A DNA stretch of 44,787 bases from a virus (lineage: Duplodnaviria; Caudoviricetes), in the IMG/VR virus record IMGVR_UViG_3300037524_000256, positions 1 through 44,787 of that record; one strand, written 5' to 3'. The position numbers and the translations under genes were made by a program. Below the pieces are notes generated by a model, which was not told where the DNA came from, did not search any database, and saw only the letters and a list, made by a program, of their open reading frames with translations. Each line of letters begins with the position of its first letter. Positions within the stretch are counted from its first letter, which is position 1. This document shows positions 17,328 through 25,231 of this stretch, one piece after another.

Positions 17328-17501
17328 ATGAAGTGCGAAAAATGCGGCTCGGAAAGATTCAAACTCGTTAGAACCGATAACCCCGTTTTCACAGAAACCA
17401 ACATCCAACAAGCGCCACTCCTGCATTTTTTATGCATGGAGTGCGGCATAGAGTTTCGCGTTAGGGACGAAGCTCGGATGCATTTACCGACGAACAATTA
17501 G
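17328..17501 (+). CDS. Antisense 57-aa zinc-ribbon protein, probably leaderless
   Basis: TGcTAAAAT + 6 nt + ATG; MKCEKCGSERFK...FLCMECGIEFRV...; lower GC. Confidence 0.7.
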   Translation: MKCEKCGSERFKLVRTDNPVFTETNIQQAPLLHFLCMECGIEFRVRDEARMHLPTNN

Positions 17502-18599
17502 CGCATTTGGCGGAACGTCGTAGGATTCCCACGGCGGAACCGATCTACGCTTGTCTTCCGGCCAGAACATACGTTTCTGCACAGCCCTCGCCTCAACTTC
17601 TCCAGCGAGGCGCTTGTACACTTCCTTCCCTGCGGACTGTTGGGCAATAAGCCAACGCTGATCTTTCGACTCTTTAGAGTTGAACTGCTTTAGATACTTC
17701 GCGTATTCCTTTTGCGCGTCCGCATCTATTGGAGCGTTCCCCCAAAATTCCTCAATGGTCGCTGGCTTCCAATCGCCAAAAATGCGCTGCGCCTCTTTCA
17801 AAACCACGGGGCGCGTCTTTGTATTCGCCCATATGATTGTTGAGTCGCCTCCGCGCCCCATGTTTTCAATGTCTTGAATGTTGTGCTGCATTTCGTGCAG
17901 CAACACCCCGCGACTTGCCTGTCGCCCCGTGTCATCAACTCCGATGTCTATTAGGTCGTCGTGATACGCGCCCTTCCCAGGCCCGCGACCTTGATCCGGG
18001 TACACGTCCACCTTTCCGAAGTCGTAGGCGCTCAATGCCTGCGGATGGTCTATGACATCCGGCAACGTGTACGCCTCGTCTGCGCTCATCGGGGATTTAT
18101 CAGTTCCGACTTTGAGACGAGCCGCCTTATCGTCAATCTCAAAGCGTGGCACCCCATCCGGCGTATTCACCCACCAGCCCGTTTCGCGCCACACCTGCGC
18201 ATCGTCCGCGCCTTCGGCGAGCATCTGCTTGGCACGATCCAGCGCAGCAATGTCGGCGGTCTTGGCTTTCGGCCCAGCGAATATGTCACGCCGCGCCAAC
18301 GTGTTGCGCCGGAACATGGACGGCGAAAGGTTCTCGCCCAGCACTTCGCCAAAGCCCATCGGGCCAGAGGTCGCACGCTTCGCCGTATCCACGAGCGCAT
18401 TGGCGACCATGCCCGGAATCTCTCGCGGGCGGGACACCATCTGCCCAATCCCCTGCGCGGTCTGCACCGGATGCGCGGCCATCTGATACAGCCCTTCAAA
18501 CTGGTTCGTGATGCCGTAGCCCGTGCCGATCAGGGCGTTCGTGATCCACTCATCGGCCTTTTTGTAGGCTCTGCGGAGTGAGTTCTTCTCGGCCATCAC
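17484..18599 (-). CDS. Polyvalent-type protein: LPD23-like domain plus HExxH zincin metallopeptidase
   Basis: VWRETGW...DG.PRFEIDD; LLHEMQHNIQDIE; YKRLAGEVEARAVQKR. Confidence 0.75.
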   Translation of the reverse strand: MMAEKNSLRRAYKKADEWITNALIGTGYGITNQFEGLYQMAAHPVQTAQGIGQMVSRPREIPGMVANALVDTAKRATSGPMGFGEVLGENLSPSMFRRNTLARRDIFAGPKAKTADIAALDRAKQMLAEGADDAQVWRETGWWVNTPDGVPRFEIDDKAARLKVGTDKSPMSADEAYTLPDVIDHPQALSAYDFGKVDVYPDQGRGPGKGAYHDDLIDIGVDDTGRQASRGVLLHEMQHNIQDIENMGRGGDSTIIWANTKTRPVVLKEAQRIFGDWKPATIEEFWGNAPIDADAQKEYAKYLKQFNSKESKDQRWLIAQQSAGKEVYKRLAGEVEARAVQKRMFWPEDKRRSVPPWESYDVPPNALIVRR

Positions 18600-19906
18600 G
18601 ACACCTCTAGCGCCGTATCCGACACATACGGGCGCATCCCGTGCATCGTCACGCGATACACGCGGTCATACGCCGAGCCAAGCGCGTGCCAGCGGACCTT
18701 CTGCCGATACGCGCCCTGTACCCCAATCTCGCGCCGGGGCAGGAAGTGCCACGTATTCCCCCCGTCGTCGCTCATCTCCAAGTCTGCGTAGGGCGTGACG
18801 TTTGCCGCTACGTCGCCCGTCTTGAGAAGCAACTCAAACGACGAGTGGAACAGCCTCCGGGGAGCGGAGATGTTCTGGTAGGTCCAGCGATAGAGTTGGG
18901 TTTCCCCGAACTCCGTCACCGCATCCGACAGATACCCCACAGAACCATCCGTGTGCTGCACGTAGACGCGGCCATTCAGTTCTGCCGCGTCCACGATGTT
19001 CCATGTGGAACCCTCAAAGGACTCCCGCTCGTGCCATTCGCCCGTCGTCACGTCGAACACGAAACAGGCAGTGGGGAACTTGAACGCCACGTGGATGTGG
19101 CCCTGGTACGTGTAGGAAAACGCCACGCACGAGGCAACGTCAGGCAGTTCTGCGAGCTTTTCCTCGACGCCGTGCTGGGACACCCTGACCGGCGTAGACC
19201 CGCTCAGGCGGCGTATGGTGCGGTCTGAGGCGAGCCAGAACACGGAGTTGTCGGCCTTGCACACGCCGCGCTTGGCGAGGGCGCCGAGTTCGATGAACCC
19301 ACCGGCAAGGCGCTCAAACCCGAATCCGCTAGCCCCGCTGACATACCAAATCTCAGTTGACGCGGTGCCAAAGAGCAGCACCTGCCGATGATCTACGATG
19401 TGCGTGACGAGGTTGTCGGGCGAGCCTTCCGCCGTGGCGAAATCCAGCCCGTTCCAATCCGTCGCGTCGTTGACCGCAGAGGCGACAAAGCGCCCGGAGT
19501 TGGACTCGACGGCGGTGATATACGTATCTACGAAATCGACCGATTCCCAAGGAACCTTGTCCGGGTCCGTGATCGCCGCCACCGTCGAGCCGTCATACAA
19601 GTAGCCCGTGTCCGTGACTAGCTGCGTGCCGTTGTCCGCAAGCGATAGCACGTCCGTCCCCGGCACCGTCCCGAGACTTACACCCACGCCCGCCGTCACG
19701 TCGTACAGGGCCGTTCCGGCCACTGCGTAGAGCTTGCCGCGCATGACGTGCAGGCCCCGCCCGCCGCCCGCCAGGGTGACGTGGCGCGTAATACCCGGAG
19801 CGCCGACAAGCTCGACCCCCGACTTGCCGGGGATCGGCTGCGGATAGACGTTCACCAGCCGTTGACTTGCACGAGACGGCAGGTTGTAGGACGCAACCGG
19901 GATCAT
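18596..19906 (-). CDS. Packaged-DNA stabilization/tail hub protein (P22 gp10-like)
   Basis: FATAEGSPDNLV, LFGT.STEIW, W.ER.S, SDDGGNTW...G..G.Y...VRW..LG motifs. Confidence 0.85.
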   Translation of the reverse strand: MIPVASYNLPSRASQRLVNVYPQPIPGKSGVELVGAPGITRHVTLAGGGRGLHVMRGKLYAVAGTALYDVTAGVGVSLGTVPGTDVLSLADNGTQLVTDTGYLYDGSTVAAITDPDKVPWESVDFVDTYITAVESNSGRFVASAVNDATDWNGLDFATAEGSPDNLVTHIVDHRQVLLFGTASTEIWYVSGASGFGFERLAGGFIELGALAKRGVCKADNSVFWLASDRTIRRLSGSTPVRVSQHGVEEKLAELPDVASCVAFSYTYQGHIHVAFKFPTACFVFDVTTGEWHERESFEGSTWNIVDAAELNGRVYVQHTDGSVGYLSDAVTEFGETQLYRWTYQNISAPRRLFHSSFELLLKTGDVAANVTPYADLEMSDDGGNTWHFLPRREIGVQGAYRQKVRWHALGSAYDRVYRVTMHGMRPYVSDTALEVS

Positions 19907-20274
19907 GGCAGCGTGAAGTCCACGACCGTCTGGAGCTTGTTGGCCTTGAACATCTCGCGAAGCCGGCGCTCGGCCAGCCCGCGACCGGGCGCAGCAATGA
20001 GGTTCACCAGCAACCGCGACCGTCGCGGCTCGGGAACCTGGTAGAAGTCCACCAACTCCGCTGCCGCCGCATCCGCAAACGCATCCACGTAGGCGAAGTC
20101 CAGCCCGTAGCGAGGGGACAGGCCAATCCCAACTTGAGCCAACTGCGCCTGCACCGAGTCAATGGCGAACGCCACGCGGTCGCCCTGATCGGCGGTGAGG
20201 GACTGCGCCTCCGCGACTATGCCGAGCTTGCGGCCGACCTCGGCCTTCAGTTCTTCGTAAGTGACGCTAGCCAT
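19903..20274 (-). CDS. Putative head-tail adaptor (gp4-like)
   Basis: Size, LGIV...Q motif, position just upstream of gp10-like gene. Confidence 0.6.
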   Translation of the reverse strand: MASVTYEELKAEVGRKLGIVAEAQSLTADQGDRVAFAIDSVQAQLAQVGIGLSPRYGLDFAYVDAFADAAAAELVDFYQVPEPRRSRLLVNLIAAPGRGLAERRLREMFKANKLQTVVDFTLP

Positions 20275-20983
20275 GCGTTTCCTCTGCCCATTGCGTCAAC
20301 GCAAGGGGGTTCTCGCCAATCAGGTGAATCGCTCTCAGGTACGCCCCGGCCCACTCTTCCGAGTACGGGGAATGTCGGTAACTCATGAACCCCGGCACCC
20401 CGAGCGTGTAGTGCGCAAGGGACGTGTCGCCGTCCTGCTCGCCAACCAGCCGGTTCCAGTTCGACGGCAGCGAGCCGATCTCTGCGTCCTTCAACCACTG
20501 GAAGCGATGCAGGAACACGCCCCCCGCGTCCTCCACGAACTCCCGCGTAAGAATCCGGTTCGACGGGTGCGAGCAGTTCCAGATGACCACGCTCGACCAG
20601 TTCTTGCGCTCATAGTCGAGGTTGTCATTCTCGATGGGCGTGCCGATGTACTTCCGCCGATGCCGCGTCCTGTAGTCGTGCTTTACGACCTGGACGGCTT
20701 TCGACGCATCCCGCAAGGCCCACAGTCGTGCGATGTCCTCACGGAGCAGCATGTCGCCGTCCGCGAACATCGCCCAGCCCGAGAAGTCGCACAGCGACGG
20801 GATCAGGTAGCGCGAGAAGATGAAGGCATTGGTCCCGTCCCGCTGCCCGTCAAAGTCCGCGAGCATCGGCGCGTGTAGCGGGATGAACGCCACAGGCACC
20901 GAGGCGCGGTCTATGACCGACTGACAGAAGACGTGGTATGCCGCCGCCTCACGCGGATCAAAGCCCACGAATAGCCGGATCAT
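20267..20983 (-). CDS. Glycosyltransferase, GT-A fold (GT8/CDI-like)
   Basis: GFDPRE, FSRYLIP, FADGDML (DxD), HDY, KNWSSV..WNC.HP, LHRFQWL, WN.LVG, HYTLG.P. Confidence 0.85.
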   Translation of the reverse strand: MIRLFVGFDPREAAAYHVFCQSVIDRASVPVAFIPLHAPMLADFDGQRDGTNAFIFSRYLIPSLCDFSGWAMFADGDMLLREDIARLWALRDASKAVQVVKHDYRTRHRRKYIGTPIENDNLDYERKNWSSVVIWNCSHPSNRILTREFVEDAGGVFLHRFQWLKDAEIGSLPSNWNRLVGEQDGDTSLAHYTLGVPGFMSYRHSPYSEEWAGAYLRAIHLIGENPLALTQWAEETHG

Positions 20984-21471
20984 GCGGCCTCCACCAGAGA
21001 GGCGGCTGCACGCTTCGACTTCCGAAGCTTGACTAACTGAGCCGCCATGCTGGCCCGCGTCAGAAGAACGGATAGCTCCATCCGCTTATGCCCTCCGGCC
21101 ACGTGCTGTGGACGGAAGGTTTCGCGGAACAGAAGGGCGACCTCTGCCTCATCCTTCTTGCATCGCAGATACGGATATATGGCCCTCAGGAACCGCTCTG
21201 CCACGCCGGACGATGCTTGCCAGTTGTAGATCGTTCGACGGCCACCACGGTACGGAATAGTCCTACCGCGAGTTGTTCCGCCGAACTTCTCAACAAACCA
21301 CTCCAGCGGCTGCGGCGTCGCTTGTGACAGTTGAACCTGAAGCGTCATCGTGTCGCAGCGCGTAGAATGCCGCTGGATTCTGATATGGCCCTCGCCGTCG
21401 AAGAATCCGGCGGCGTATGCCAAGTCGGCCTCAGTATGCGACACAGCTTTCACACACGGTTCCACGGACAT
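20980..21471 (-). CDS. Free-standing single-motif LAGLIDADG homing endonuclease
   Basis: DLAYAAGFFDGEGHI; FGG; FL..IYPYLR.KK. Confidence 0.88.
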   Translation of the reverse strand: MSVEPCVKAVSHTEADLAYAAGFFDGEGHIRIQRHSTRCDTMTLQVQLSQATPQPLEWFVEKFGGTTRGRTIPYRGGRRTIYNWQASSGVAERFLRAIYPYLRCKKDEAEVALLFRETFRPQHVAGGHKRMELSVLLTRASMAAQLVKLRKSKRAAASLVEAA

Positions 21472-22372
21472 CTTTGCGAAGGTGGGCTTCTCGGATCTTC
21501 TGGAAATAGGCCGAGTTCCACTCGTCCATGAACGAGCCTTTCGTAAGATCGCCAGCTTGGAACCGCCCGTCCGAGTCGAAACAGCAGAGGCTTAGGCATC
21601 CGTCTGCACGGACATGCGCTTCCGTGAAGCAACTCCAGCAAGGCAGCGGGTCGCGCAATGCGCCCAGCCGACCCTGGTTGCCGGCGGTCGGGCGATACCC
21701 AAGCTCCTTCTCGCGCTCGACGGCAATCGCGCCCATCGAATACAGCGGGAGCCAGTAGTGCTGATCCACATACGGGATCACGTTCTCCGCGAGGAACGCT
21801 TCCATCCGCGCCTGCTGCTCGCCGTCGTACTTGATCGACGAGGCGTACAGGCCGCACTTGTAGCCGCCCTCATCCCGCACCTTCCGCGCCGCCTTGATGT
21901 TCTCAATGGCCTTGTGGAAGTACCGGGGGCCGACACCCATGACTTCCTTGAACTGTTCCTCATCCGCCGCGTTGCAGGAAAACTTCAGGCTGTCCAGCCC
22001 CGCCCTCATGCACTCGGCCACCCACTCGGGGGTCGATAGACTGCCGTTCGTGGTCAGGAACACATACGGAAAGCCGAGTTTCTTGCACCACTTGATGCAG
22101 TCCACCAGCAAGTGCGGGGCCATGAAGGACTCACCGAGGTAGAACACCCCGATTTCCTCAACCCCGGCTTCCCGCATCTCTTCGGTGATGCGCTGGAACA
22201 GGGCGAAGTCCATGTCCTCCGTTGGCTGGCACTCGCGCGTCCTCAGCGCACAGAACCCGCAGCGGTAGTTGCAGCGCGGGCTAATCTCGATCTTGACGCT
22301 CTTCGGGGCCGGAAGCTCCGCAGCAAAGTGCTGGATCTTCGTGACCGCATCAATCCTCTGTGTGATAGTCAA
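21431..22372 (-). CDS. Radical SAM enzyme with SPASM/twitch domain
   Basis: CNYRCGFC; GES; TTNG; PCW...VRADG..SLCCFD...GDL...W...CESC. Confidence 0.9.
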   Translation of the reverse strand: MTITQRIDAVTKIQHFAAELPAPKSVKIEISPRCNYRCGFCALRTRECQPTEDMDFALFQRITEEMREAGVEEIGVFYLGESFMAPHLLVDCIKWCKKLGFPYVFLTTNGSLSTPEWVAECMRAGLDSLKFSCNAADEEQFKEVMGVGPRYFHKAIENIKAARKVRDEGGYKCGLYASSIKYDGEQQARMEAFLAENVIPYVDQHYWLPLYSMGAIAVEREKELGYRPTAGNQGRLGALRDPLPCWSCFTEAHVRADGCLSLCCFDSDGRFQAGDLTKGSFMDEWNSAYFQKIREAHLRKDVRGTVCESCVAY

Positions 22373-22944
22373 AGTTTCGTCCCATCGGTGGCCTCGATAT
22401 GACGGGGACGGGCGTAGACGATCACGTAAAACAGGATCGTCCCTTCCTCATCCGATGCCGTCACCTGGTACGTCTGAAGCTCGAACCGAGCCATGATCCG
22501 GGGCAACCACCACTCCGGGGGCTGCTGGATCAGGTGGGCATTGCGCCCATCGGGCAGCGTCTTCTTCGCCGCTCGGCAGGACACCGTGAAAATGCCCACG
22601 GATTCGGTCAACTCGTACAGGTGGTCCAGTACGTCGTCGATCCTGTCCGGCTCGACATGCTCCAGAACGTCAATGCAGGCCACCATCTGTGCCGGGACGG
22701 GGGCCGATGCGAACTCAGGCACACACGGGTCGTATGCCTGATACTTGAAGGCGTGTCTGACCTTCCCTTTCAGCCCGTTGGCTAAACTGAGGCGCGAGCC
22801 ACAGCCGTAGTCCAACAGGTGCGATACTTCCAGCCGGTTGACGATCTCCGCGACGAGCGGGGCGTAGTTCTCGCCCTGCATCCCGAAGGTGCCGGCCTCA
22901 TGCAGCGACTTGTTCTGCTCTCTCGCGTTGTCCGAAATGAGCAC
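22369..22944 (-). CDS. Class I SAM-dependent methyltransferase
   Basis: LLDYGCG; AYDP; CIDVLEHVEP; NAHL..QP.EWW. Confidence 0.88.
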   Translation of the reverse strand: MLISDNAREQNKSLHEAGTFGMQGENYAPLVAEIVNRLEVSHLLDYGCGSRLSLANGLKGKVRHAFKYQAYDPCVPEFASAPVPAQMVACIDVLEHVEPDRIDDVLDHLYELTESVGIFTVSCRAAKKTLPDGRNAHLIQQPPEWWLPRIMARFELQTYQVTASDEEGTILFYVIVYARPRHIEATDGTKL

Positions 22945-24325
22945 TTAGCTCTGCTCCAATCTTGTCGAAGTTCCACCGCTCGCCGTCCTGCCGGATCACC
23001 CGCAGGCTGCGATACCACGGGATCGAGTCCGCGTGATTGCTGTAGCGCCACTGGCTGATCGGCGGCACGCAGACCCACGTAGGGACACCCAACGCGCCCC
23101 CAAGGTGAGCGACCGCCGTCTGCATGCAGAACACGAGGTCAAGGCTCGCCACTAAGGCTGCCGTGTCGTCGTAGTCCTTCGTAAGCGTGGCGTGCGGGTA
23201 TTCCTTGATGTCCACCTCCGGGTGCTCGGCCTTGAACATCTCCACTTCAAGGCCCGCCGGCTTGTATTCAAGGACAACCCAGTGGGCATCAATGGACCGG
23301 AACACGGGCAGTAGATCCTCCAGCGTCCACCGCCGGAACCGCGCCCCCGTCTTCGGGATGCCGCCCTGCCACGCAATGCCGATCACCGGCTTGCCCTTCG
23401 ACTTCCAAAGGGCCTTCCACATCAACACACGTTCAGGGTCGGGGACCAAGTACGGATCGCCCGGACACTGCGACGGGTCGGTGCGGAAGTATTCGCCCAC
23501 CTGACCAATCGCCAGCGAGGCGTCGAACTCCCGGTCGCTCGGCAGCCACTTCTCCACCTTCTCGTGCGACGGCTTGACCTTGCGGGTGCCGTAGACCGAG
23601 GCTTGCGGGAAGGACCGCGCAAACAGGTTCGCCAGCCGCACGTCGCAGTCGAGAATGACGTGCTTGGATGCCTTGATCACATCGGGGACCATCGAGGCGA
23701 AGCTGATCTCGTCCCCGATGCCCTGCTCGCCGTACAGCACCACCGTCTGGCCCGGCGTGCCGTCCCATTCGGGCTTGCCGTAGTCGATACGGGTGCGCGA
23801 GGGCGTCCCGAGACAGGCGCGGTAGTTCTTCCAGCCGTTCTGCCAATCGTTGAGCGCGAGTTGCGCGAAGCCCAGGTTGGAACGCGCCCCCTGATCGTCG
23901 GGCCAGCGTTCCAACGCCCGTTCGCACCACTCCTTCGCCTGCTCGTACTTCGCGTTGTCGATGTACAGGGCGGCGAGGTTCCCGTAAGTGCAGCGGGTCG
24001 TTTCCTCCCGCGTCGAGAGTTTGAGCGCCTTCTGATAGGCCCGCTCGGCTTCGTTCGTGCGCCAGATGTCCTCAGCGACGCGCCCGAAGTTGAGCCACGC
24101 CGTCCCGTCTCGGGGGCTCTGCTCCGTGGCCTGCCGGAAGAAGTGATAAGCCACCGGGATGTTCCCGGCCTTCTCGTAGATGTGCCCGCCCATCTGCAAG
24201 CAGAGGGGGTCGAACGGGTGCATGATGAGCAGTTCCCTCACCAAGTCCCACGCACCGTCTACGTCGTCCCGCTCCCACAGCACCTTCGCCCGGTGCAGGT
24301 TCCGCCGCTCCTTGTTACTCAGCAT
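22898..24325 (-). CDS. TPR-repeat GT-B (GT9-like) glycosyltransferase, FlmG/FlbA-like architecture
   Basis: N-terminal TPRs; PEWDG, GEQGIGDEI.FAS, IGIAWQGG, DDTAALVASLDLV....TAVAHLGGALGVPTWV. Confidence 0.88.
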   Translation of the reverse strand: MLSNKERRNLHRAKVLWERDDVDGAWDLVRELLIMHPFDPLCLQMGGHIYEKAGNIPVAYHFFRQATEQSPRDGTAWLNFGRVAEDIWRTNEAERAYQKALKLSTREETTRCTYGNLAALYIDNAKYEQAKEWCERALERWPDDQGARSNLGFAQLALNDWQNGWKNYRACLGTPSRTRIDYGKPEWDGTPGQTVVLYGEQGIGDEISFASMVPDVIKASKHVILDCDVRLANLFARSFPQASVYGTRKVKPSHEKVEKWLPSDREFDASLAIGQVGEYFRTDPSQCPGDPYLVPDPERVLMWKALWKSKGKPVIGIAWQGGIPKTGARFRRWTLEDLLPVFRSIDAHWVVLEYKPAGLEVEMFKAEHPEVDIKEYPHATLTKDYDDTAALVASLDLVFCMQTAVAHLGGALGVPTWVCVPPISQWRYSNHADSIPWYRSLRVIRQDGERWNFDKIGAELSAHFGQRERAEQVAA

Positions 24326-24680
24326 TGGGCGGCAGATAGAACTGAGTTGCAGACCGCTTGCCGTCCCACTTCTCCGTGCACTTCAGTGCCGGATAGTGCT
24401 CATTGATTTCCTGGATGATCCGCTTCGTGCTGCTCGGGTCGTTGATGTCGATGCCCTTCTTGCGAAGCTGTACCTCCACCAGCGCCGGGATCTTGGCGTA
24501 CAACCACCAATCTTCTTTGATGCCCTTGTCCGTCGCGCCTGCATTGCGCAGCGCCTTCGTGTACTCCAAGAGCCCCGACACGTCCTGCTTCGACGTGAGC
24601 GAAATCGTATCGGTCATCTCGTCGTAGTCGAAGTAGCGGGAAATCCCGGTCACGGGATCGAATTCGAGCAACTGAGCCAA
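24315..24680 (-). CDS. Hypothetical phage protein downstream of capsid
   Basis: GGAGG RBS, TTG start; QDV and YAKIP motifs seen in podophage head modules. Confidence 0.65.
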   Translation of the reverse strand: MAQLLEFDPVTGISRYFDYDEMTDTISLTSKQDVSGLLEYTKALRNAGATDKGIKEDWWLYAKIPALVEVQLRKKGIDINDPSSTKRIIQEINEHYPALKCTEKWDGKRSATQFYLPPNAE

Positions 24681-25205
24681 TCAAACCTCCGTGATCTTGA
24701 CCCCAAGTTCCATGACCGCCCGGTGCTCTGCCCTCGCGTCGTGCGAGTACAAATACTGTCCGGGCTCGTGGAACCACTTGGAGGTCGGCTTGTCGGGATG
24801 CAGGATCATGTCGAATCCCAGCAACCCAATTTCGGGTGGATTCAGGAACTCCACCGCGCAAAAAATGGCCCGCAGGCCAGTGGATGGTTTCGGATACGAC
24901 TCGGGCGTCCTGAACTTCGCCCAGTAGTCGAACCACGTATTTGAACCCCGGCGACCGATGGGCGATGCCTTGTGCTTCTCAGGCTCGCCCAGCCACCAGA
25001 ATTCCGCATCGAGCTTCGGCAGCTTGCGCCGCTCGCGCTCCGTCCAGAAAGATGGGTTGGAGCCGCACACATAGTCGGTGCGGCTCCCCCAATCCGCAGG
25101 GTCGGGGATCTCGGCCCACTTGAGCCGAACCACCGTCTGCGTGTCGAGCCACGGTCCCAGCGACCGCTGAAAAACGCTGGGACCGTGGCCGACAATGACC
25201 AGCAT
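24681..25205 (-). CDS. GT29 (sialyltransferase)/Maf-like glycosyltransferase
   Basis: Sialylmotif-L-like VIVGHGPS...G..LD...VVR......D.GSRTD; S-like PSTG..AI..A......I.L.GFD; VS-like HDARAE. Confidence 0.75.
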   Translation of the reverse strand: MLVIVGHGPSVFQRSLGPWLDTQTVVRLKWAEIPDPADWGSRTDYVCGSNPSFWTERERRKLPKLDAEFWWLGEPEKHKASPIGRRGSNTWFDYWAKFRTPESYPKPSTGLRAIFCAVEFLNPPEIGLLGFDMILHPDKPTSKWFHEPGQYLYSHDARAEHRAVMELGVKITEV

Positions 25206-25231
25206 AGGTAGCCTACGCTGGGCTAACGAGG

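Noticed and set aside
17217-17426. 69-aa minus-strand ORF from the track
   Set aside because: Region is better explained by the 32-aa TM ORF and the antisense zinc ribbon with its promoter
20267-25205. DNA hypermodification or O-antigen conversion reading of the cassette
   Set aside because: No hydroxymethylase, TET/JBP, kinase or polymerase genes, no membrane Gtr/flippase proteins, and late structural location; disfavoured rather than disproven
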